Source: Lama guanicoe
Taxonomy: Eukaryota
Assembly (NCBI GenBank): GCA_013239625.1
Contig: MU057202.1
Span: 3,671,101 to 3,735,100 of the forward strand
DNA length: 64,000 nt
Reading direction: 5' to 3'
This document shows positions 26,176-64,000 of this stretch, piece after piece. Position 1 is the stretch's first letter. Every line of letters starts with the position of its first letter. Made by a program: the position numbers and the translations under genes. The notes below the pieces were generated by a model. It was not told the DNA's origin, did not search any database, and was given only the letters and a program-made list of their open reading frames with translations.

Positions 26176-28637
26176 TTTTAAATGCCACATTTGTTACGTC
26201 ACAGCTTCTGCGGGTCCGGGATCCAGGAGCGGCTCAGCCGGCGGCTCTGTCTTGGCCTCGGGTGAGGTCACAGCCGGCGAGTCAGCAGGGCGGCGTCGAC
26301 GGGGCTGGAGGGTCTGCTCCCGAGGAGGCTCCTCGCCCGGCTGCGGGCGAGCGGCCCCCTGAGCATCCTCACCAGGTGCCCCCCACCGATCCCAGAGAGC
26401 CAGGAGGAAGCTGGGTGCCCGTCGCGACCTCGCCCCGCTCAGCTCCTCGGTTGGGACGGGGCTGCGTGCAGGCATGGACCGTGGGGGCATCTTGGAGGCC
26501 AGTGGCCACAGGCAGGGTCGGAACCCAGGTCGTGCCCGACTCACATCAGGCGGACCCATGACTAGTCCTTCCTCTGAGTGCCGTCAGGCCCTTCCTGGTG
26601 TGACAGCCGTCCCTGCGGGCGGGAAGGCACCGTGCTCGCAGTTGGCGGAAGCTCCCTTTGCGAGGACACCGCTGCCAGCGCATCTGTGCTTTGCTTTCAT
26701 CAAGTGAAAAGGTGTGACCCACACGCCCCCCGCAGTTTGGGCTAATTAAGCTGGAGGTGTGAACAGAAAGGGGGCGGGGTTCCTACCGTCTCCTGCTGCT
26801 TCCCTGCGTGCTCCAGCTGCAAGGATTTCCTCTGGGAAAGCCTGGGTGGGGAGTGGACAGGGGCTCAGGGCTGGGTGTCAGGTGGTGAGGCTCAGCCTGC
26901 CTCCTGGGTGCGGGCAGGCAGGAGCACCCACCCCACGCAGAGGCCACAGGGCCCTCCTCTGCCTTCTAGAGGAGCCACCCCGCCCGTCTGTCTTCCACTG
27001 ACTGAGCACCTGCTCGGGGGTCTCTGTTGAGGGGCTGGCGCTAAAGTTGCCAGTACCGACAAGGATGGACAGTAATGACAGTTAGTGTTTCTGAGCAGCT
27101 TTAAGTGTCCTGGCTCCTGGGTGCTCCCAGCAGGATTAAGCCAGACACGGAGTGGGGCGCTGTCACCCCGTTTTATAGACATTTGGACACCTGCCCTGTT
27201 CCCCTGGATTTTCGGGGCTCTTAGCCGGAGGCAGTTGCAGGTGGATCGGCCAGCACCCCACAGCCCTGCTGAGGCTGACTACCTGAGACACCCTCCTGGG
27301 TCAGCTCTCCTCCAGGGTCAGACCCAAGGGCAGCTTGAGTCCAGGACAGCTGGGCTCCCCAGGTGCACCAAGGGCACAGAGGCACTCATTTCCCAGCTCC
27401 GAGCTGCAGATAACCCAGAGGGCCTCCAGCGTTTCACATGCAGGGCCAGCTTCCACCAACGTAAAGGCCCCGAAGCCACGCCTGCCCGGACCACACACAA
27501 CATGCAGCCAGGGCTTGTGAGGCCGGGGTAGGGGTCAGCGATCACAGGAGCCTGCCTCTTGGGAGGACAGCATCCCCCTTTTTCACGCGGTCCTTTGGAG
27601 CTTGTCCAGGGACATGGTGGGAAATCCCAGGGCAAACACACTTTGGTGGTCCAACTTTTAAATCTTAGGCGCGAGGGGATTCTTTTATGCTGGTTGAATC
27701 CATCTGCAGATTGCTGCCAGCAGTTTCCGTGTGTCTGCACAGCTTCATGCCTGTACTTCCCGGGCCGTGTGGTCTCCTTGTTTTCTCTTGAATTCACAGC
27801 ACCTGGTGGAAGGCACACCCCTGGGGTGGCACTGTTTGGGGGCCAGAGGGCAGAGAGTGGCCGAGGTGACTCAGTGCTGGCCAGGGGCTGCCTGAAGGTG
27901 GACAGGAGCCACATGACCACGTGGACACCCTTGAAGTGTTTCCTATCCCTCCCTCATTGAAACTTATTTTATGGCCTAGTTTAGTTTCATCACATGCACA
28001 CACACTACACATCCACACAGTTTAAAGAATCCCCTGCCTTCCCAATCATCAGAGGCACCTGATTCTCTTGATATTTACCTCCACGTGTCCAAGTGGTCTC
28101 CATGGTCTCACTGTCACTGTATGCTCCTGTGATGGACACCGCGGCCTCACTCTCTCCCCAGCCCCACAACCCTTCCTGAACCCGCCCCCTCCCTCAGGTC
28201 TGCAGTTAGATCACCGTCAATGTTTGCATGTTGATGTTTACATTACGCATACTACATTGTCGCAACTCTGTAAGCGCTGTCTGAACCCAGCCTCCTAGTG
28301 GTTACTCTGCCTTTGCTGCTGTTTTATTGGACCACATGGATGGCCCGGAGATCTTATCTCCATCTCAGTCACTTTATTGTTTCTGGGAGGTTCCCAGCCC
28401 TCTCCCCGGGGCATCACATTCTCCACCACCAGGACCTCCTGAACACACACCACCCAGAGCCAGACTAGCTCTTCCAACACCAAGGGGGCAGCGGCCCAGT
28501 TCTGGTTCGGCCCGGATCCAGGTCTCTCAGCTCACTACTGGCTCCTTCCTCCAGGATAGCAGCCTGGCCTGGGGGTCTAGGATCTCCAGAGTGGCTTCTG
28601 CATGCTCCACTGTGGCGCCGGGGAGGGAGGAGGGCGG

Positions 28638-29022
28638 TGTGAATAAAAAATATTGCCTGCCATGTAATACACGAAGGATGCTGTGGCCACCAAGCCATCA
28701 GCCACTGCCACCAGCCTGACGGTGGGCGGAGGGAACTCAGGATGTGGAAGCACAGGACACTGGCCCCAGAGACTCAGGTGCACATGGAAGGAATGATTTC
28801 CATGAGCCCAGACTTCTGCGTGTTCCTATAGAGAAAAGTGCTAAATTCCTTAACTTGGGATGGCTGGTTTTCTTTAATTAACACTAATCCTTTGATGTTC
28901 TGATTGCATGGCCTTCGTTCCCAAACCTCCTGTACTCTGGCTCCTCCCCGACCTCCCGGGCGCCAGGCCCTCCAAACAAAGCACGACGCTTAACGTTCGG
29001 CTCGCGCGTTGTTAAGTGCACA
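28638..29022 (+). mobile_element. Solo ERV1-class LTR abutting the ACSF3 CpG island
   Basis: TG...CA ends (tgtgaataaaaaatattgcctgcc...aagtgcaca). Internal blocks (ccaagccatcagccactgc, gaatgatttccatgagcccagact, ggttttctttaattaac) match a cetartiodactyl LTR consensus as I recall it. Confidence 0.65.
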
Positions 29023-29299
29023 GCGCGAAGGCGCGCCCTCTGCGTCCGCGGCCCCGCCGTCAGCGCTGGTTTACTTCTTACCGTGGAGAAACCGCCCGTT
29101 TGGGCGGAGCGGCCTTCCGGCCAGCACCACCCAGCGTAACACCTGCAGCCGCCTTTAGGGTCGGCGCCGGCTCCCAGCCCGCTTCGGGCCGCGAGCGGTT
29201 AACTCGCAGGCGCCGGGTCCCGGGCCAGGAACGCGCCGTCACCGGCTCTGCCCGCGACGCTCCGTCTGCAGCCACGCGCGCCGTCGATGGGAACGTTCG

Positions 29300-29452
29300 C
29301 GGCAGGAACCCGCGCCGCCGCGCCGCGCCGCGCCGGGGGACGCGCGGGGGCGACGGACGCGGGGTGCGCGCGCAGCCGCAGTTCCGGTTCCAGCTCCCAC
29401 CCGGCGAGGAGGAGGAGGAGGAGGAGGACGAGCGCGAGCCCCGCCGGCGGAG
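29300..29452 (+). other. ACSF3: Probable ACSF3 non-coding exon 1 (5' end approximate)
   Basis: Lies in the CpG island and ends at a donor-like GAG|gtagat at 29452/29453. The TSS cannot be fixed from sequence alone. Confidence 0.6.
29406..29426 (+). repeat. (GAG)7 trinucleotide repeat in probable 5'UTR exon 1
   Basis: Seven perfect GAG units followed by GAC. Confidence 0.95.
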
Positions 29453-32400
29453 GTAGATCCCGCGCCCCGCCACCCCACCCCCCAGGCCCCGCGGGGTCCC
29501 GCGCCCCGCCCCCTCCCGGCGCAGGTGCCGCGTCACGTGGGGGCCCGGCCCGCCCCCCGCGGAGCCAGCAGCGCCGACACCACGTGGAGGCCCGGGAGGG
29601 GGGGTTGGAGTTCGTCGAGTCCAGGTTCAGCCACCGTTGGAGAGAAAGTAGATCGGTCGTGTCTGAAAGGAGTCCGCTTCCGTCCTCAGTGGGCCGGCAG
29701 TACCCTCCCCTCCCTTGTTCGTTTGCTCCGTGGGCGGGGCTGGGTGCGTAGGGGCAGACGGCCGGCTCCTGGGATCGGTCTCTGTAAACAAGGGCTGGAT
29801 GCTAAGTCGGAGGTTTTTAAAAGGCCGTGAGAGCAGCCAACTTGAAGGATGATTAGGAGTTTGCCAAATGCGGAAAGGACGGCAACAGGAATCCCGTGTC
29901 TGGGGGTCTGTAGGTTCCCAGCTTGAGGAGAGGAGGTGTTTGTGTGGGGACCTAGGTAGGGACGGTTGAGGGTGGGGGGAGGCACCAGTGCTGGGCCCAG
30001 GAGCACAGACGTCGTCAACAGTGGGTTTCAGCTCCCGCTCCCACCCCCCACGCGGCTCCGACGTGAAACCTGGCAGTCTAGCAAGTCTGGCGGTCTTCAC
30101 ATGTCCCTGCTTCCCAACCCACATCCCAGAACCGCTCCTCAAGGCACACGGCAGCTGTGGATTGACTGCGGGCATGGGATAGCAGGCTTCGTCCCTCCAG
30201 ACCGCATCTCAGACAGCGCCTTACGTCCTAATATGGATACGGGGTTAAGCTTGTGTTTTCCTTTTTGGTTATTTGATTTGAATGCACACTCATGAGTGCA
30301 GTGTGAAGGTCTGTTGCTTAAAAATATGACTTTGAGAACAACCCCAAACCGCAGGCACCCTGCTGAAAGGATGTCGTGTATGGGAGGGAGAGTGTGGGCC
30401 ACTGCTCCCACCCCACACCTTCATCCAGGGAGCAGACAGCAGGCAGGGGCTGGGGGGTGGGGGGCAGGTGCTGCTGATCCATCAGGTGCCATTTTATTCA
30501 TTTCGAAACCAGCCACCTTCATTTGAATGCAAGTATCATTCTTATCAAGTAATTTTTGGCACGTGGCCCCTTGGTGAGCCCAGCACTGAGGGCGGGGAGA
30601 CTGTTTCCCCTCCGTGTGTGGCCGGTCTTGATGATATCCTCCACAGATGGGGAATCCAGGGCTTAGCCAGGTGAGGAAACTCGGAAGAGCCAGCGAATGT
30701 TCCAGTCTGGGGCTGTTCTGACTCTGTAAAGTCTGTGCTCTCAACCAGCACCCTGGTTAGGAAAAGACAGGTGTCACCTTCCTGGTGTTGGCATGTGTTC
30801 TGAAAGGTCCATGGGCCTTGGTGGTCTGGCCCCAGACTCTGGTGGTTGGCACACCAAGGGGCCTCTGCCGGCTCTCTAGCTGGGCTTCTGCCTCCTGACG
30901 GAATCTGCGCAGGCAGCCTTTCCTGGGAGAAGGTGTCTGGCTCAGCAGAATTCAGGTTTCTATGCTGTTGGCTGGGATTTTTTCATGTGGCTGCAGGGTG
31001 ATGCTGGTTTTATGAAGTCGGTTAACTGAGACAGGGAGAATCCATGGCCAGATTGCATTTATCTGGTGGCAGCATCACTCCAAGCTGTGCCACTGGGGGT
31101 GATGGGAGCCCCGGGACCAGAGGGGGCCTGGTGGTTGGAAGGTGTGGGCTCCTTCCCTATGGGGGCTCTTGTCTTTCTGGAACTTTCTGGAACTGGGGGT
31201 GCTCAGGACACAGTCATCTGCTCTGAACAAATTTTTTTTGCTTGTTGAAGGCGAGTCCCTGATCCCTGTGACCTGGAAGAGTTTAGCTCTGTATTGAAAG
31301 AACTGACAATGAATAGTTTCAGGGTCACACACCCAGGGGACTCTTGAAGAAGTGGCCCCGTGCTCCCATGTTTGGTGGGAGAGTGAATGAGTGCAGCCTC
31401 TTTGGGGGTGAGTGGCAGTACTCACCCAAATGAAAAGAAACTGTTGCAGTGAGGCTCCAGGGTGAGCACCCACCCCACCAGCACCCTGTGTGAGCACAGC
31501 TGCGGGGCCTCTGCAGGTTGACCTGGCAGGCTCCCTCCCACCCTGAGCTCGGCCACATCACCCTTCTCAGGAGGGCCTGCCTATACGGAACTTGCGCAGG
31601 AGCCAGGCCAGGGCCTGTCTGACCCACACCATCCCTACCGAGAGCCCCTCACGGTCCACCACCTCCCAGACACTCAGGAGACTCAGGGCCAGGTGTCTGC
31701 TGCCAGTCAGAGGTGCTAGTGCAGCGGGCGTTCAGACCGCTTCTGTGAGGACTACCTTCCTCACTGTCTGCGCAAGCCTTTCGTGAACCACTCGCTTTAA
31801 TTAAGATGAAGGCTGTTATCTCATTTTTATTGGCTCCTATCACTTTGAGAAATTAAAGAGCTGTAGACAATTACCCTGGAGATCTGCCATCCAGAACAAA
31901 TATTTTTAATATTTTCATCTTTTTTGAATAAAATAAAATGTTAACGCTGCAGCTGAAGTATCGTCATTTTTAAAAATATCATTTATTAGACCTCAAAAAT
32001 CTGATTACAGAAGTCATACGTGCTCATTGCAGAAAAACTGGAGAAAATTGAGAAACACTAAGAAGAAAGCAAAAGTCACCCGCGGCCGTGCCACCTCGTG
32101 ACCCCCGGAGGTTTTCCTTTTGTCTCTGTGCTGTGGTCCCTGGGCAGCACCGTGGGAGCTTCCGGGGCTGGGCCATGGCCCCAGCCCGACACACATGTGC
32201 GCGCCCCGGTGTCCTGAGACCCTCAGGACCACAGCTTAGCCCCGGGCTTCATGTTAGAAATAACCCTGCAGGGGGCGCCCTGTGCGTGACTCCACCTGCA
32301 CCTCTAATTTCCTTGGGGTGCATTTAAAAGCACACATGTGGGAGCAAAGGTCCTGCCTTTGCTGGTTCCGTGTCTTATTTTGAAGGGTCTGCTAGGTGTC

Positions 32401-32915
32401 CTTTGCGGGGCTGAGTCGACGTTCTGGGCCTCCCTAGACTGGGGCGCCGTCCAGTGAACGTGTGTGGGGCCCTCCGGGCAGCGCCCTGTCACAGACCTGG
32501 CCCTCGGGTACGCCTCGTCACACGTGGTGTTCCAGAGCAGCTCAGAGCACGGGGCAGCTAGGCCTGGCCTGCTGCTTTGTGGCCTCGGGCCTGTGGCTTC
32601 ATCTCTGTCTCCCTTTGGAGGTGCTGCTGTCACTGCCCAGCCCCCACGGCCATCTGTGCCCACTGGAGATTTGCTGTCGTGGAGTCGGAAGTCAGTGAGC
32701 CCACCCTCCCCCGCGCCGGGGGCAGAGTGGGGCTCTGCCCTGTCTCCCGGTTCCTATTCAGAGTGCTCGGGCCCCAGCGTTTTGTGGACTGCCCCCACCC
32801 CAGTGTGGTGCAGCCCCGGGGCCTGGGGAGGCAGGCACCGAGCTCACCCCTCCCAGCCCCTCGCCAGCTGATCTGCACGGAGGAACGCAGAGCTGGCTGC
32901 GTCTCACGCCTGCAG

Positions 32916-33090
32916 CTGTGGCATCGCATCTGATGCCCTCTGACGCCTGCTGGGCAGAGGCGCAGAAGCAGCAGCCGCTTTCTGGCGTCCATCTGTTCTC
33001 CGTGTGTCTGTCTGTGGCAGCAACACAGAGCTTCAGCCCCCGGAGGATGCTGTCACTTCAGCGGGCCACCTCCAGCATTGTCACCAGCAG
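32916..33090 (+). other. ACSF3: Candidate ACSF3 non-coding exon 2 (175 nt)
   Basis: Acceptor ctgcag ends at 32915 and donor is CAG|gtttgg at 33091. Size and position ~1.9 kb upstream of the ATG exon fit my recollection of the human 5'UTR exon. No transcript evidence. Confidence 0.4.
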
Positions 33091-35006
33091 GTTTGGCCTC
33101 CGCCAAGACCCAGACCCTGTGCGGGCAGGTCGCTGTGCTGTTACGGGTTCTCTCTGTTCTCCTTTCTCCCGCCTGTGAGGCAGATAGAGAAGAACGTGCT
33201 AGAAGTGAGAAAAGGAAGCATTTGAAGCTGCTGGTTCGCTCTCCACCAGCTCACTTTCTGAAACTGGCACACCTCGCACGTTTACGGCATTTCTTGCACC
33301 TCGAAGCAGCGTGCGGGCTGCCCGCCCAGCACCCCCACCTTCCTGCTTTGCTGGGCCTATGGGAACCAGGCGAAGTTTACAGGCTTATTTGACGCTGTTG
33401 TCAGACAGCTCCTTGGCGGGCGTCTGCATCGGCCTCTGATGGGGGAAGCGCCCCTGGGGTCGCGCTGCCTGCTCCCCAGGCCGTCACCAGGGGGCGCCGC
33501 CCCACCCCCAGGCCTTGCATGAGCAGCATCAGGTCCCCTCGTGGGCTCTGACAGCCTTGGGCTGCGGCGTGGCTGGCTCTGGCGGGAAGGATGGCTGAGG
33601 CTGGGGAGGCTCCGGCTGGGCTCTCGTCCCTGACTTAGGAGCTGGGTGGCTTGGCTTCCCTCGTGGGGGAGGCAGGGCTAAAAGTGGTTGCCTGTTTATC
33701 CAGCTGTTGAAAGTGAAATCACAGGTGAAAATACCTTGTGATGTGTTGAGTGTATTATCACTGTCAAGATCATACTCGTGAAAACCCTCTGCGAACGACT
33801 TGGAAAGCTGGGTCTGGGACACTGCTCTGGCTGAGGGCACTCCCAGAGAGGGAGGCACGGTGACCCTTACTCGTGGCCGTGGGGAGGGTGTGGCAGTGGG
33901 GACTCCGGGCCCCAGAAGGAACTGTCTTCAGTGGGATGGCAGGTGGGCTCCCGACCTCTTGAGCTTAGAGAACTTCAGCTCTAAGCTGCCATCAATGCAG
34001 GGGCAGCTCGGAAAGTGGGCGCCCTTCCTTGTTACGGGCCCCGTGCAGCTGCCCCAGGAGGGAGGTGTCCTGGAGCAGGGCAGAGTCAGGCGGCCCCTTT
34101 CCCTGGCCTCCCTGCTCTCCAGCACTCTGGAGACTTCCAGGTGGACTCGTGGGTCACCGCGCTCGTGGTGAGCCCTCCTTCTTCCTGACTGTTTGGTCTC
34201 TTGGGTCACTGTTTAGCGGTTAGGTTTGAGGGGAAAGAGGAAAAAGTTACGTTTCAGTTTTTTAAAAAAGACTGACACCCTGCAGAAAGGTGAACTTGCT
34301 CTATTTAAGACAAGTTCCTCGACATCCACAGTTGGGCAAGGGTCCAAGAGCAGGAGGCGGCCCCGTGTCTGTTCTGCTCGCCGGGGTCTCTAGGCCCCGC
34401 TGCTGGTGGACAGGGAGCGTAGGGGGACCCTCGAACCACACAGGGCTGAGGGCGCCGACCCCACACAGTCGAAAATCCGCACGTCACTTTCCAGTCGGCC
34501 CCCCCGGCCCTTTGTCCACGTCCCGTTCCTGTTCCTCCCCAGTCGCATTTCTGCATGGAGCGCCGTGGCTGTGGTCAGCAAAACCCCCGCCGAGGCAGTG
34601 GGCCCGCGTCGTTCAGACCGTGTGGCCCGAGGGTCGCCGCCTTCACTCTGTGGCCCTCAGTACTGACCCCGCTCACCTGGCTTCTTCCAGGGTGAGGTTG
34701 TTAAAAACCATTATTCAGAGTTTACCTGAAATGCACTGCCTTCTGTTTGCTTCTCCTTGATCTTCCTTTAGTTCCTGGCTTTAGAACCTTGTATGTTTTT
34801 AAAATCCTTAAACTAATGAGATTAAGTAAAATGCCGAAACATTGGTCATTTAAGTTCCAGAAGCGTGTGTCGGGAGTGCTGGCATCTCCTGTTCAGGATG
34901 TCACCTCGTGACTGAGCCAAGCCAACTTTGCCGGGTTGCTCTGGGGTCAGGACGGGACCGGACAGTACCTGTGGTGTCCTCTCTTCCAGCCGGTGTCTGC
35001 CCCGCC

Positions 35007-62765
<27,759 letters not shown>

Positions 62766-62872
62766 CCAGAGTGCAGTCACTGTTCCCTCTGCCCAGCCTC
62801 TCCCATCTGCACACCTCCACGTGCTCAGCACTCCTGAGGTTTCCTCCTGGGAAGCTGGTCTCCCAGAAACTC

Positions 62873-62878
62873 AGTAAA
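62873..62878 (+). terminator. Candidate variant poly(A) signal AGTAAA
   Basis: The recognised PAS variant nearest the stop codon; I saw no AATAAA or ATTAAA in 62766-64000. Confidence 0.35.
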
Positions 62879-64000
62879 GCTCCACAGAGAAGCAAACGTC
62901 CCTCCTGTGCCCCCGCCCGGGGCCCATGTGGTCCACACGCACGGCACACGGAGGCCACTGTCTGCACCTGCGTGCGCGGCATGCAGGCTGGGGGTCTTTC
63001 CGGGTGGGCCTGGGGGGCAGGCATGGGTGTCCAGGCAGGGGTGTCCCCTCCACAGGAGCCGCAGGCGGTGGGGCGTCCGGCACTAGGCCTTCAGGGCCGG
63101 GGACGCAGCTCAGGCGACCAGAGGGCAGAGTGCCTGACCCTCAGGCCCCCAGCGGGGGACCTCCTGGACCAGGGCTGGGTGGACTCGGGGACGGGCCAGG
63201 TGCCCAGGTGCCCAGCGCGGCTTCAGCTCAGACCCTGCTGTCCTCACACGGAGTCCAGGTGCTCACGGTAGCCAGCGGCCAACCATGAATGGCCCTGCAG
63301 CTGCTCCCCTGACGCTTGACCCCGCCCCTCCCCTCTGCTGCTCACTCCACGACATCCCCCCGTTTGGTCATCCCCCATCCTTCCCAGACACCCACCAACC
63401 CCAGGTCCCCCGCCCTCCCCGGCCAAGAGCAGAGGTGCCCCGGGAGGCCCGTCTTGGGGACCTGGGACAGAACCAAGCCCCAGGGGCCTCAGGTGGGGCT
63501 GGGACCACTCCCCACCCAGTGCTCACGAGGCCTGTGATCTCCCCGAAGCCAGACTGGATGTGGCATGTGCTCGAAGGAACGTCTGCCCTGCCTGGACACA
63601 TGCTGGTCACCCACCTGCAGAGCAGGCTGGCCTCTCGGAGGGACCGCACTGGACGCCTTGCCCGGTGCCGTGAGCGCCGGCTTCCACTGTCCTGGGGCCT
63701 CAGGTGTCTCGTTGCAGGGTCTCTGCGTGGTCCCACTGGTTTGACCACGTGTCTGTCTTGATGCTGAAAGTTTGATTCCTGAAAACATTTATGTAATTAG
63801 TTGCTCTATGCCATAATCAATACCGAATACTTTCTGAAAAATAACGGTCATCTTCGACCAAGAACAAGACTAGGCTGGGACGCCAGCTGGTCCTTAGAAC
63901 ACGCCCTTCTCGGAGGCACGGCTGGCCCCGCCTGCTCCTTGCCTCCTGCGGCCCTGTCACTACCCCCAGATCCGGCTTGTCTTTCGCTCCTCATTGCAGG

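Larger units (their letters stand above)
28950..29780. promoter_or_regulatory. ACSF3: CpG island / ACSF3 promoter
   Basis: Densest CpG cluster in the window. It contains GC boxes, an NRF1-like palindrome TGCGCGCGCA (29365-29374), an ETS core TTCCGG (29382-29387) and E-boxes GTCACGTG (~29532) and CACGTG (29581). Confidence 0.85.

Noticed and set aside
29016-29536. Arg/Glu-rich and Ser-rich ORFs in the CpG island
   Set aside because: They are by-products of CpG-island composition and the GAG repeat, with non-ATG starts.
34908-35006. In-frame N-terminal extension of ACSF3 in the ORF track
   Set aside because: It starts at GTG and lies mostly upstream of a strong acceptor at 34989, so it is intronic. 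The Kozak ATG at 35007 gives the expected mitochondrial presequence.

Overview
Mammalian, very GC-rich genomic DNA. A 3'-terminal LINE-1 fragment at ~12.1-12.5 kb resembles cetartiodactyl/camelid L1s as I recall them, and I saw no Alu, Bov-A/tA or PRE-1 SINEs, so a camelid source is plausible but unproven. The window holds one complete protein-coding gene, ACSF3 (mitochondrial malonyl/methylmalonyl-CoA synthetase), on the + strand. It has a CpG-island promoter and non-coding first exon at ~29.0-29.5 kb, a candidate second non-coding exon at ~32.9-33.1 kb, and nine coding exons from 35007 to 62765. All coding junctions are GT-AG and phase-compatible, giving a 1746-nt CDS (581 aa). The ~28 kb upstream is intergenic. 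It and the introns carry old L1 fragments, MIR, MaLR and ERV1 solo LTRs, a Charlie-like DNA transposon remnant, minisatellites and a 135-N assembly gap. The hundreds of other ORFs in the track look like chance ORFs of GC-rich DNA. I found no evidence for a new multi-gene system. The best leads are a possible overlapping uORF switch via the second UTR exon, a solo LTR fused to the promoter, a young octamer/NF-Y-rich LTR nested in an older LTR, nested L1 insertions with a TSD bracketing the gap, a probable intronic enhancer, strong AT-to-GC drift of old repeats, and non-conservative substitutions in ACSF3 motifs. Repeat family names and human comparisons come from memory of consensus sequences and need RepeatMasker or BLAST confirmation.
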